A stretch of 64,000 bases of DNA from Gemmatimonadota bacterium. GTDB lineage: Bacteria; Gemmatimonadota; Gemmatimonadetes; Gemmatimonadales; GWC2-71-9. Below the pieces are notes generated by a model. The model did not search any database. It worked only from the letters and a program-made list of their open reading frames with translations, and had not been told where the DNA came from. The stretch is taken from NCBI GenBank assembly GCA_003221005.1, contig QHTZ01000066.1, positions 806 to 64,805 on the forward strand, given 5' to 3'. The position numbers and the translations under genes were made by a program. Positions 47,384-54,846 of the stretch are shown piece by piece (position 1 is the stretch's first letter; each line of letters opens with the position of its first letter).

Positions 47384-47681
47384 GACGGGCCTCCCGTGGC
47401 GCGCGGGCTATAAATGACAACCGGAGGCTGCTTCCACCAGCCCTGCGCGGTCAACGGGAGTAATCCACATTCGCCAACACACGTGGTGATGTGGAAAACT
47501 GGCGGAGCAGGGCGGCTCCGACCGACGTAGTGCGCACCCGCGCTGGAGCCGCGATGACCCGGCCTAACCGCTTCGCTCTTGGTCGACTAGAGCGCGCACT
47601 TGAAGTCCCTTCTCCACCGCCTAGCGGCCCTCACCCCACAACTCGCACAGCGCATAAACATACGCACATCCGCATAGCGGA

Positions 47682-48143
47682 CTACGTGACCACCTGGATT
47701 TGCTTCTCGTCCAACCGGCGCTTGAATGCGTGGAGCAGGCTGACGGCGCGCGCCAAGCCGGAGGCGGGCATCCCTTCGATCGCCCGCGCGGCAAGGCGCC
47801 GCTCCCGCTGCCCGGCGCGCAGCAGCGTTTCCAGTCCGCGGCGCGTGAGCGTCACCCGCACCCCGCGGTCGTCCTCCGGGTCGGGGGTCGTCTCCACAAA
47901 CCCCTTCGCCTCGAGCCGCTGGATGAACGTGGTCGCCGCCGCCCGGGACACCCCCAGCTGCTCCGCCACATCTTTGGGCCGGGCCCCGCCGGGCCCCCCC
48001 TCGTCCACCGCGCAGAGCGCCTGATGAGCGCGGTGGGACAAGCCGTACGAGTGGAACGCGCGATCCGTGGACCGCCCCACGGCGGCGTGAGCGCCGGCGA
48101 CGGCGGCGGCAAGCTGCAGCGCGAGCTCGGAGCGGTCAGCCAT
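47682..48143 (-). CDS. MarR-family transcriptional regulator
   Basis: 153 aa. Winged-helix segment (PKDVAEQLGVSRAATTFIQRLEAKGFVE..DPEDDRGVRVTLT). Confidence 0.8.
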   Translation of the reverse strand: MADRSELALQLAAAVAGAHAAVGRSTDRAFHSYGLSHRAHQALCAVDEGGPGGARPKDVAEQLGVSRAAATTFIQRLEAKGFVETTPDPEDDRGVRVTLTRRGLETLLRAGQRERRLAARAIEGMPASGLARAVSLLHAFKRRLDEKQIQVVT

Positions 48144-48177
48144 CAGCCGTCAGCGATGAGCCGTCAGTTGCGGCGAA

Positions 48178-48222
48178 GGTTAACATATTGATGATTAATA
48201 TACTAATTAGAAACATGCCGCT
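48178..48222 (-). promoter_or_regulatory. AT-rich marR promoter/operator region
   Basis: The only strongly AT-rich stretch in the window (GGTTAACATATTGATGATTAATATACTAATTAGAAACATG). Contains the 12/14 palindrome ATTAATATACTAAT (48194-48207) and TATATT/TATTAA -10-like hexamers on the minus strand. Confidence 0.5.
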
Positions 48223-48236
48223 GCGCAAGGCTCCAA

Positions 48237-48599
48237 TCAACACGTCTCCGACCAATCGACGGGAGCGGCCGCCCCGCAGCGGGGGCAGACCAGCGTGGCG
48301 GGTTTGCCGCTGAAGTCCTCACGTTGGTGGCAATGGGGACAGACGGCATAGGTGTTCACCACCTCTTTGCCCTGCCCCCCGAGGGTGGGGCGCAGCACAC
48401 CTGTGCGGACCACGATGCTCCAGCGCTCCGGCCGCTGGCGACGCACGCTGACGTCGCCGGCGCTCAACCGCACCCGCTGGCCGCGCACCTCGACAACCAG
48501 GTGCCCATCCGCCGACTCCTCCACGATCGGGTACCATGCCCCGCGCCGCAGGATGTCCGCCACGGCGTCCGTGCACCGTGCCCAACCAAAGGTCGTCAT
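48237..48599 (-). CDS. hypothetical protein with C-terminal zinc ribbon (paralog A)
   Basis: 120 aa from ATG 48599 (MTTFGWAR); the ORF is open to GTG 48623. CPHC...CPRC ribbon. Paralogous to 49291-49689. Confidence 0.55.
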   Translation of the reverse strand: MTTFGWARCTDAVADILRRGAWYPIVEESADGHLVVEVRGQRVRLSAGDVSVRRQRPERWSIVVRTGVLRPTLGGQGKEVVNTYAVCPHCHQREDFSGKPATLVCPRCGAAAPVDWSETC

Positions 48600-48641
48600 G
48601 GAGCGCGGTTCCCATGATACCACGTTTCGCTAGATTCCGTT

Positions 48642-49220
48642 ATGCACTCGATCGGCACTATCGTGCGCCTGCAAATCCAGCGGTCCTCGCTCAAGACGGG
48701 CGCATCGCCGCACCGCGTCTACGACCCAGCGCCGCTGCTGCCGGTCGAACAGCTCGCGGTGGGACCCGACGGGACCCTGGGCTTCGCGCGTGACCAGGGC
48801 TGGATCGTGGACATCCACCATCGCGCTCACCCGGAGAGCAAGAACCCGGACGGCCAGCACGGGATCTCGCTGGGCTTCACGGGGCACTACGCGGCGATGC
48901 GGGACCGCTTCGGGAGCCGGATCGACGTCGGCTGTGCCGGCGAGAACATCATCGTAGACGCGCCACGGCAGTTCACCCTCGACGAGCTGCGGAACGGGAT
49001 CGCGATCATTTCCCCCGAAGGCGCCGAGGTGCTGCGTCTCGCGGTGCTGGACGTCGCCCACCCCTGCCGGCCGTTCACCGGCTGGGCCGTGGGGGGCGTG
49101 GTGGAGAACGACGTGCTGAAGGCACATCTCCAGTTCCTGGACGGCGGGATGCGGGGGTTCTGTCTGGCAGGAGAGAAGACGGCACTTGTCTCGGTGGGAG
49201 ACCGGGTAGCGATCCTGTAA
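48642..49220 (+). CDS. MOSC-like beta-barrel domain protein
   Basis: 192 aa. GCAGENIIVD and PCRPF segments resemble MOSC-domain proteins. Assignment is moderate. Confidence 0.5.
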   Translation: MHSIGTIVRLQIQRSSLKTGASPHRVYDPAPLLPVEQLAVGPDGTLGFARDQGWIVDIHHRAHPESKNPDGQHGISLGFTGHYAAMRDRFGSRIDVGCAGENIIVDAPRQFTLDELRNGIAIISPEGAEVLRLAVLDVAHPCRPFTGWAVGGVVENDVLKAHLQFLDGGMRGFCLAGEKTALVSVGDRVAIL

Positions 49221-49221
49221 C

Positions 49222-49291
49222 GGGACGGGGGAAGAGGGACGGGGGACGAGTGGCACGACGCCACCCGTCCCACTTCCCCCGTCCCCGTCTC
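49222..49291. repeat. GGGGACG-type heptad hairpin (element d), bidirectional terminator candidate
   Basis: GGGACGG GGGAAGA GGGACGG GGGACGA G, inner mini-hairpin TGGCACGACGCCA, then CCCGTCCCACTTCCCCCGTCCCCGTCTC. Fills the whole gap between convergent genes. Confidence 0.85.
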
Positions 49292-49689
49292 TAGCTCAGC
49301 TCATCCCATGCCAGTCCCGCTCTGTTGTGGCAGCGGTCGCACGTGAGCTCGCGCGAGTCGCCTGAGAACGCCTGCCGGTGACGGCAGCGGGGGCATACGG
49401 CGTAGGTGAGCGGGAAGGTCCGTCCCACGCGCTGCAGCTCCCGGGGCTCGCACCGCACCACGCTCCAGCGCTCCGGCGGATGGTAGCGAATCTCGAGGAA
49501 GCGCCGGTCCACCGGGACGTTCCGCCGGTTGACGTCCAACACCACGATGTGACTCGAGGAGATGCGCACGACGGGGTACCAGGCGCCGCGCCGTAACAGA
49601 TGCGCGCCGGTTCTGCCGACGCGGGCCCAGCCCTTGGCCTGGAGCCGCGTCGGAGTGATGGCACGGGACGGCGTCGCCGGAGTCGTCAC
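49291..49689 (-). CDS. hypothetical protein with C-terminal zinc ribbon (paralog B)
   Basis: 132 aa, GTG start. Shares GWAR, LRRGAWYP(I/V)V, PERWS(I/V)V, YAVCPxCxxRxxFSG and LxCxRC with paralog A. Confidence 0.55.
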   Translation of the reverse strand: MTTPATPSRAITPTRLQAKGWARVGRTGAHLLRRGAWYPVVRISSSHIVVLDVNRRNVPVDRRFLEIRYHPPERWSVVRCEPRELQRVGRTFPLTYAVCPRCRHRQAFSGDSRELTCDRCHNRAGLAWDELS

Positions 49690-49772
49690 GGTTCACATGA
49701 TACACAGGAGAGGGTGCACATGGTCGTGACACGGGTCACACGTGTTGCGGCACCGCGACAGTGACGACTGAC

Positions 49773-52268
49773 CTATCCACACTCCGAGTAACCGCACACG
49801 TGACACTTGGCGCAGCCCTCGGCGAAGGCGAGTTGCGAGCCGCAGTCGGGACAGGCACCGAGGAACTCCTGGTCGGTCCCGCGGTCGCGGGCGGCGACCT
49901 CGCCGCCCGTGCCGCTCACCACCTCGCGGGCGGAGAGGGTCGAGACGGCGGCGTCACCCAGGAGCTCCTGCTGGATTCCTTGCTTCTCCTGCATCCATTT
50001 CTCGATCGTGATCCCGATCGCATCCGGCACCGAGGACACTTTCTGGGGCCCGAGGCCGATGGTGCGATCGCTCGAAATGCCGCGGAGCTGGCGGTAGATC
50101 TCCTTGATGGGGATCCCGGAGCGGAGGGCGAGCGAGATCAGCCGGCCGATCGCCTCCACGTCGGCCATCAGCGCGCCGCCGGCCTTGCCGAGGGAGATAA
50201 ACATCTCGAACGGCTGCCCCTTGTCGTCCTCCGTGATCGTCACGTACATCGTGCCGAGGGGGGTTTCGATGCGGCGCGTGGTGCCGCTGAGCAGGTCCGG
50301 GCGCGACCGCTTGGCGCGGCGCTGCAGGTTCTCCGCCTCGACGTCGTGCAGGTTGGCGCGGGTGCGGGCGAGCTCGGCCTCGAGCTCGGCGAGGCGCCCC
50401 AGCGCATCGGCGAGCTGGCGTTGCGCCTCGTCGGGCGCGGCCACCCCCGCCACCCCCGCCCCACCGGACGCCTGCTCCTGCACCTTCTTGGCGGTGGCCC
50501 CGGTCGACAGCACCTGCATCTCCCGCGATGCGTCGCGGTACACGGTGACGCCCTTGCACCCCAGCGTGTACGCGACCCGGTAGATCTGCTCCACATCCTC
50601 CTCGGTGGCGTCGTGCGGGAAGTTGCAGGTCTTCGAGATCGCCGAGTCGGTGAATTCCTGGAAGGCGGCCTGCATCCGGATGTGCCACTCGGGCGTCACG
50701 TCGTGCGCGGTGACGAACACGCGCTGCCACGTCTCGGGCACCTCGGGGAAATGGATGTGACCGGCCTCGGCGATCCGCTGAATCAGCGCGTCCGAGTGCC
50801 ACCCCTCCTGACGCGCGACCGCTACGAACTCCTCGTTCACGTCGGGCATGAGGACGCCCGCCTGATTGCGCATGAACGCGACGGCGAACAGCGGCTCGAT
50901 CCCCGAGGAGCAGCCGGCGATGATCGAGATCGTCCCCGTGGGCGCGACGGTCGTCAGGTTGCAGTTCCGCAGCCGGCGCATCGGCCGGATGCGCTCGCCC
51001 TCAGAGCTCCGCGCACACGTCGCGTCCGGCCCCCAGATCGACCGCTCCCACTCCGGGAACACGCCGCGCAGCTCGGCGAGCTTCTCCGACGCCCGCTTCG
51101 CTTCCTCGTCCACGAATGTCATCACCTTGCGGCCCAGGTCGACGCCTGCGTCCGCGTTGTACGGGATGCCGAGCCGGACGAGCAGGTCGGCCCACCCCAT
51201 GACGCCGAGGCCGATGCGGCGGATGCGCTGCGCGAGGCTGTCGATCTCGGGCAGGGGGTACCGGTTGGCGTCGATGACGTTGTCGAGGAAGTGGGTACAG
51301 AGGTGCACCGCGGTGCCGAGCCGCTCCCAGTCCACCGCGCCGTCCTTCACGAACAACCCCACGTTGATCGAGCCGAGGTTGCACACGTCGTACGAGAGCA
51401 GCGGCTGCTCGCCGCACGGGTTGGTGGCCTCGTAGCTGCCGAGGCGCGGGACCGGGTTGTAGTGGTTCGCCCGGTCGATGAAGAAGACCCCCGGCTCACC
51501 CGTCTGCCACGCGCCCTGGACGATCTTGCGGAACACCTCGCCAGCATCGAGTCGCGCCACGGCCTTGCGGGAGCGCGGGTGGATGAGGTCGTAGCTCGCT
51601 CCGGCCTCCACTGCTTGCATAAAGGCGTCGGTCACGGCGACCGAAATGTTGAAGTTCGTCACCTGGGTCAGGTCGTCTTTGCAGGTGATGAACTCCATAA
51701 TGTCGGGGTGGTCGACGCGCAGGATCCCCATGTTGGCGCCGCGCCGCGTGCCGCCCTGCTTCACCACGTCGGTCGAGGCATCGTACAGCTTCATGAACGA
51801 CACCGGGCCCGAGGCCACGCCCATCGTGGACCGCACCACGTCGTTCTTGGGGCGGAGCCGGGAAAACGAGAAGCCCGTCCCCCCGCCCGACTGGTGCACC
51901 AGAGCCATCGCCCGCAGCGTGTCGTAGATCCCGCTCTGCCCGTTCGAGAGGCAATCGTCGATCGGCAGCACGAAGCACGCCGACAACTGGCCCAGCGGGC
52001 GGCCGGCGTTCATGAGGGTGGGCGAGTTGGGCATCCACACCCGCCGCGCCATCAGCTCGAAGTACGTCTCAGCGAGCCCCTCCACGGCTTTGGCGGAGGC
52101 GCCGTAGGCCTTGTCCGGAGCCGCGATCGTCCGCGCCACCCGCCAGAACAGGTCCTCAGGGCGCTCGGCGGGGCGCCCGGTCTCGTCCTTGACCAGGTAG
52201 CGTCGCTCCAGCACGGTGAGGGCGTTGGGACTGAGGGCCAACGATCCCTTAGCAGCGGCAGCAGTCAT
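49773..52268 (-). CDS. nrdJ: class II (adenosylcobalamin-dependent) ribonucleotide reductase
   Basis: 831 aa. TLMNAGR, catalytic NPCGEQPL, SNCNL-like CNLTTVAPTGTIS, C-terminal Cys-rich tail CPDCGS..CAKCHVCGYSEC. Confidence 0.9.
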   Translation of the reverse strand: MTAAAAKGSLALSPNALTVLERRYLVKDETGRPAERPEDLFWRVARTIAAPDKAYGASAKAVEGLAETYFELMARRVWMPNSPTLMNAGRPLGQLSACFVLPIDDCLSNGQSGIYDTLRAMALVHQSGGGTGFSFSRLRPKNDVVRSTMGVASGPVSFMKLYDASTDVVKQGGTRRGANMGILRVDHPDIMEFITCKDDLTQVTNFNISVAVTDAFMQAVEAGASYDLIHPRSRKAVARLDAGEVFRKIVQGAWQTGEPGVFFIDRANHYNPVPRLGSYEATNPCGEQPLLSYDVCNLGSINVGLFVKDGAVDWERLGTAVHLCTHFLDNVIDANRYPLPEIDSLAQRIRRIGLGVMGWADLLVRLGIPYNADAGVDLGRKVMTFVDEEAKRASEKLAELRGVFPEWERSIWGPDATCARSSEGERIRPMRRLRNCNLTTVAPTGTISIIAGCSSGIEPLFAVAFMRNQAGVLMPDVNEEFVAVARQEGWHSDALIQRIAEAGHIHFPEVPETWQRVFVTAHDVTPEWHIRMQAAFQEFTDSAISKTCNFPHDATEEDVEQIYRVAYTLGCKGVTVYRDASREMQVLSTGATAKKVQEQASGGAGVAGVAAPDEAQRQLADALGRLAELEAELARTRANLHDVEAENLQRRAKRSRPDLLSGTTRRIETPLGTMYVTITEDDKGQPFEMFISLGKAGGALMADVEAIGRLISLALRSGIPIKEIYRQLRGISSDRTIGLGPQKVSSVPDAIGITIEKWMQEKQGIQQELLGDAAVSTLSAREVVSGTGGEVAARDRGTDQEFLGACPDCGSQLAFAEGCAKCHVCGYSECG

Positions 52269-52434
52269 ACGGGCGCATCCTTCACGGCGAGAGCGCTGTC
52301 ACGACAGCGGGTGCCATGTACGGAAGATAACGGCTCAGGACCGGGGGAACGTGGAGGGGCAAGGTAGGAACGTCCCGCGACCCGGACAAGACGCGCGGAA
52401 ACGGCGGTGGCATCGAGGCGTTCCAGTATTCACA

Positions 52435-52974
52435 TCACAAACTTGTCCGCGCGAGCGGGAACCTCCCCGCCCGGTGCCGCTCCGCCTCCGCGACGTAGTG
52501 TTCCCATGTCGAGCGGATCCGCGCCCGCAGCGCCTCGTCCACGGTCCGGGTCACCCGGGCCGGCACGCCGACGACCACTGAGCCGGGGGGGATGACGAGC
52601 CCCTCCGGCACGACCGCCCCAGCCGCCACGACGCTCCCTGCCCCGATGCGCACGCCGTTCAGGAGCACACTCCCCATGCCGATCAGGCAGTCGTCCTCGA
52701 CCGTGCACCCGTGAAGGACGACCCGATGGCCAATCCCCACCCGGGTGCCCACGGTTGTCGGGACACCTGCGTCGACGTGGATGATGGTGCCGTCTTGCAC
52801 GTTCGACGCCTCGCCCACCACGATGGGCGCGGTGTCGCCCCGCAACACCGCGTGGTACCAGACGCTGGCGCGCGGCCCGAGGGTGACGTCTCCGAGCACC
52901 ACAGCGCCGGGGGCGATGAACGCGGTCGGGTGGATGTTGATTACTGGGTCACCGGCTTGGGCATGAACGGCCAC
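52435..52974 (-). CDS. gamma-carbonic-anhydrase-like hexapeptide-repeat protein
   Basis: Left-handed beta-helix repeats (IHPTAFIAPGAVVLGDVTLG.., VWYHAVLRGD, HGCTVED). No ATG is available. GTG 52974 (or 52983) is taken as start and overlaps the kinase 3' end by about 34 nt. Confidence 0.75.
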   Translation of the reverse strand: MAVHAQAGDPVINIHPTAFIAPGAVVLGDVTLGPRASVWYHAVLRGDTAPIVVGEASNVQDGTIIHVDAGVPTTVGTRVGIGHRVVLHGCTVEDDCLIGMGSVLLNGVRIGAGSVVAAGAVVPEGLVIPPGSVVVGVPARVTRTVDEALRARIRSTWEHYVAEAERHRAGRFPLARTSL

Positions 52975-54785
52975 TGCACCCACGCGTCCACCGGCTCGCC
53001 GTTCTTCTGCGCCGGGTTCCAGCGCAGGTTTCTGGCGATGTCCAGCGCCTGATCGTTGAAGGTCTCGACATTGGAGCGGACGAAGATCCGGGCCTCGACG
53101 GTCTCGCCGGAGCGGGACACGTGGCACAACAGGATGGCCTGCCGCGGAATGACCGGGGCGTCGGACGGCACGGGAATGTAGGTCTGCGTAAGCGGGAGCG
53201 GGCGGGTGTCGAAGCAGATTTGGTCCTGGTTGTACGCAGGGCCGTACTGGTCGCACGGGCCGCCCCCCTCGCCGCCCCCCAACCCGGCAAGCTTGAGGTC
53301 GACCTTCACGGTGCTGGACGCGCCCGGCGTGATCACGACCTGACGCTCGAACAGATCGTACCCGGGGGCCCGCACGGCCAGCTTGTACACGCCGGGGGGC
53401 ACGTCGAGCTGGCTGCCCTTGACGGGCTGGCTGTTGAGGGTGACGTGTGCGCCTTGCGGGATTCCCTGGAGCGTGAGCTTGCCGGGTGTGCCGGGCGGCG
53501 GGAGGTGGGCGCGGGTCGTGTCCCCGCTCGTCTCGCTCGCGGTCGTGTCCTGCGGACTCGTCTCGACCGCCCCGCCGGCCGTGTCGTGTGCCACAGCAAC
53601 GGTGCTGTCGGGCCGGGTCGGGCTGGTGGACGCCAACAGCCAGCCGCGCTTGTAGGCATAGAACCCGCCGCCGCCCGCCACCGAGCCCACGATCAGCAGC
53701 CACGCGAAAATGGTCCCCGCCACGGAGTGCTTGTGCTGCGTAGCCACACGCGCGCCCAAGCCGCGCGGCAGCGGCGTGGTCGGCCGCGCGCCGAGGCGCC
53801 CGCCGAGCGACGGAATCGCCTTCGTGGGAGCACTCGCCAGGGTCACGGCCGCGAAGCCACCGGCGCCCTCCAGCACCTGCACCAGGTCCTCGGCGCTTTG
53901 GAACCGGTCGTCGGACGATTTCGCCATCATCGTGCGGATGATCTCGAACAGCTCGCGCCGGTCCGGAGTGTCGAGCGGCGGAGTCGGCAGTTCCTCCATG
54001 AGGTGCTTGTAACCGATCGAGAAGGAGTCTTCGCCGTCGAAGGGGACGGAGCCGGTCAGGCACTGATAGGCGACGACGCCGAGGGAGTAGATGTCGCTCC
54101 GCCCGTCGAGCGGCTGGGCCCGGGCCTGTTCGGGGCTCATGTAATGCGGCGTCCCGATGGACATCCCGGTCCCGGTGAGCTTGCTCCCGCCGGTGGCCGC
54201 CTTGGCGATGCCGAAGTCCGTCACCACCGCGTGCCCGTGCTCGTCGAACATGATGTTGTCGGGCTTGATGTCGCGGTGCACGATTCCGGTCTTGTGGGCG
54301 TAGGCGAGCGCGCGGCCGACCTGGGCCAGCACCAGCCGGATCTCCCCGGGGGGCAGCGAGCGGCGGGCGGCGAGCACGGAGGAGAGCGGCTTACCGCGCA
54401 GGAACTTCATCACGAAGTAGATCACGCGCCCCGACTTGCCGACGCGGTAGATCGGGATGATGTTCGGATGCTCGAGCTTGGCCGAGGTGCGCGCTTCGCG
54501 CTGGAAGCGCTCGACGAATTCCTTGTCGAAGGCGAGCGAAAACGGCAGGACCTTGATGGCGACGTCGCGCTCGAGCTGGCGCTCGCGGGCCTTGAAGACG
54601 ATCGCCATGCCTCCGCGGCCCAGCTCCTCGACGATGTCGTACTCCTCTTTCAGCTCCTGGCGGACCAGATCGACTTCCGAGACCTCCGACTCACCCTTGA
54701 GCGGCGTCGCCGCCAGGTCCAGACCGCAGGACCGGCAGAACTTACTGGCATCGTCGTTTTGGGTGCCGCAGCGGGAGCAATACAT
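52941..54785 (-). CDS. Ser/Thr protein kinase with N-terminal zinc ribbon, TM, PEGA and TonB-C-like domains
   Basis: ATG 54785 (MYCSRCGTQNDDASKFCRSCG). Kinase motifs GRGGMAIVFKA, HRDIKPDN, DFG and SPE. One TM, a PEGA-like segment (GKLTLQGIPQGAHVTLNSQPV..) and a TonB_C-like tail. Confidence 0.85.
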   Translation of the reverse strand: MYCSRCGTQNDDASKFCRSCGLDLAATPLKGESEVSEVDLVRQELKEEYDIVEELGRGGMAIVFKARERQLERDVAIKVLPFSLAFDKEFVERFQREARTSAKLEHPNIIPIYRVGKSGRVIYFVMKFLRGKPLSSVLAARRSLPPGEIRLVLAQVGRALAYAHKTGIVHRDIKPDNIMFDEHGHAVVTDFGIAKAATGGSKLTGTGMSIGTPHYMSPEQARAQPLDGRSDIYSLGVVAYQCLTGSVPFDGEDSFSIGYKHLMEELPTPPLDTPDRRELFEIIRTMMAKSSDDRFQSAEDLVQVLEGAGGFAAVTLASAPTKAIPSLGGRLGARPTTPLPRGLGARVATQHKHSVAGTIFAWLLIVGSVAGGGGFYAYKRGWLLASTSPTRPDSTVAVAHDTAGGAVETSPQDTTASETSGDTTRAHLPPPGTPGKLTLQGIPQGAHVTLNSQPVKGSQLDVPPGVYKLAVRAPGYDLFERQVVITPGASSTVKVDLKLAGLGGGEGGGPCDQYGPAYNQDQICFDTRPLPLTQTYIPVPSDAPVIPRQAILLCHVSRSGETVEARIFVRSNVETFNDQALDIARNLRWNPAQKNGEPVDAWVQWPFMPKPVTQ

Positions 54786-54846
54786 CCGTACTCCGAGGGA
54801 ATCGGCCAAACTTAGGGGCGGCCGCGACGAAGTGTCAACAACCGCA

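Noticed and set aside
47420-47460. SRP (4.5S) RNA. The minus strand contains GGTGGAAGCAGCC, reminiscent of the conserved GGAAGCAGCC of SRP domain IV.
   Set aside because: There is no GNRA tetraloop context, no matching 5' strand and no extended helix. Only a 5-bp local hairpin can be drawn.
52269-52434. Cobalamin riboswitch or NrdR boxes in the nrdJ leader.
   Set aside because: I found no B12-box-like core and no 16-bp ACACTATATATAGTGT-type palindromes on either strand. A covariance-model scan would still be needed to be certain.
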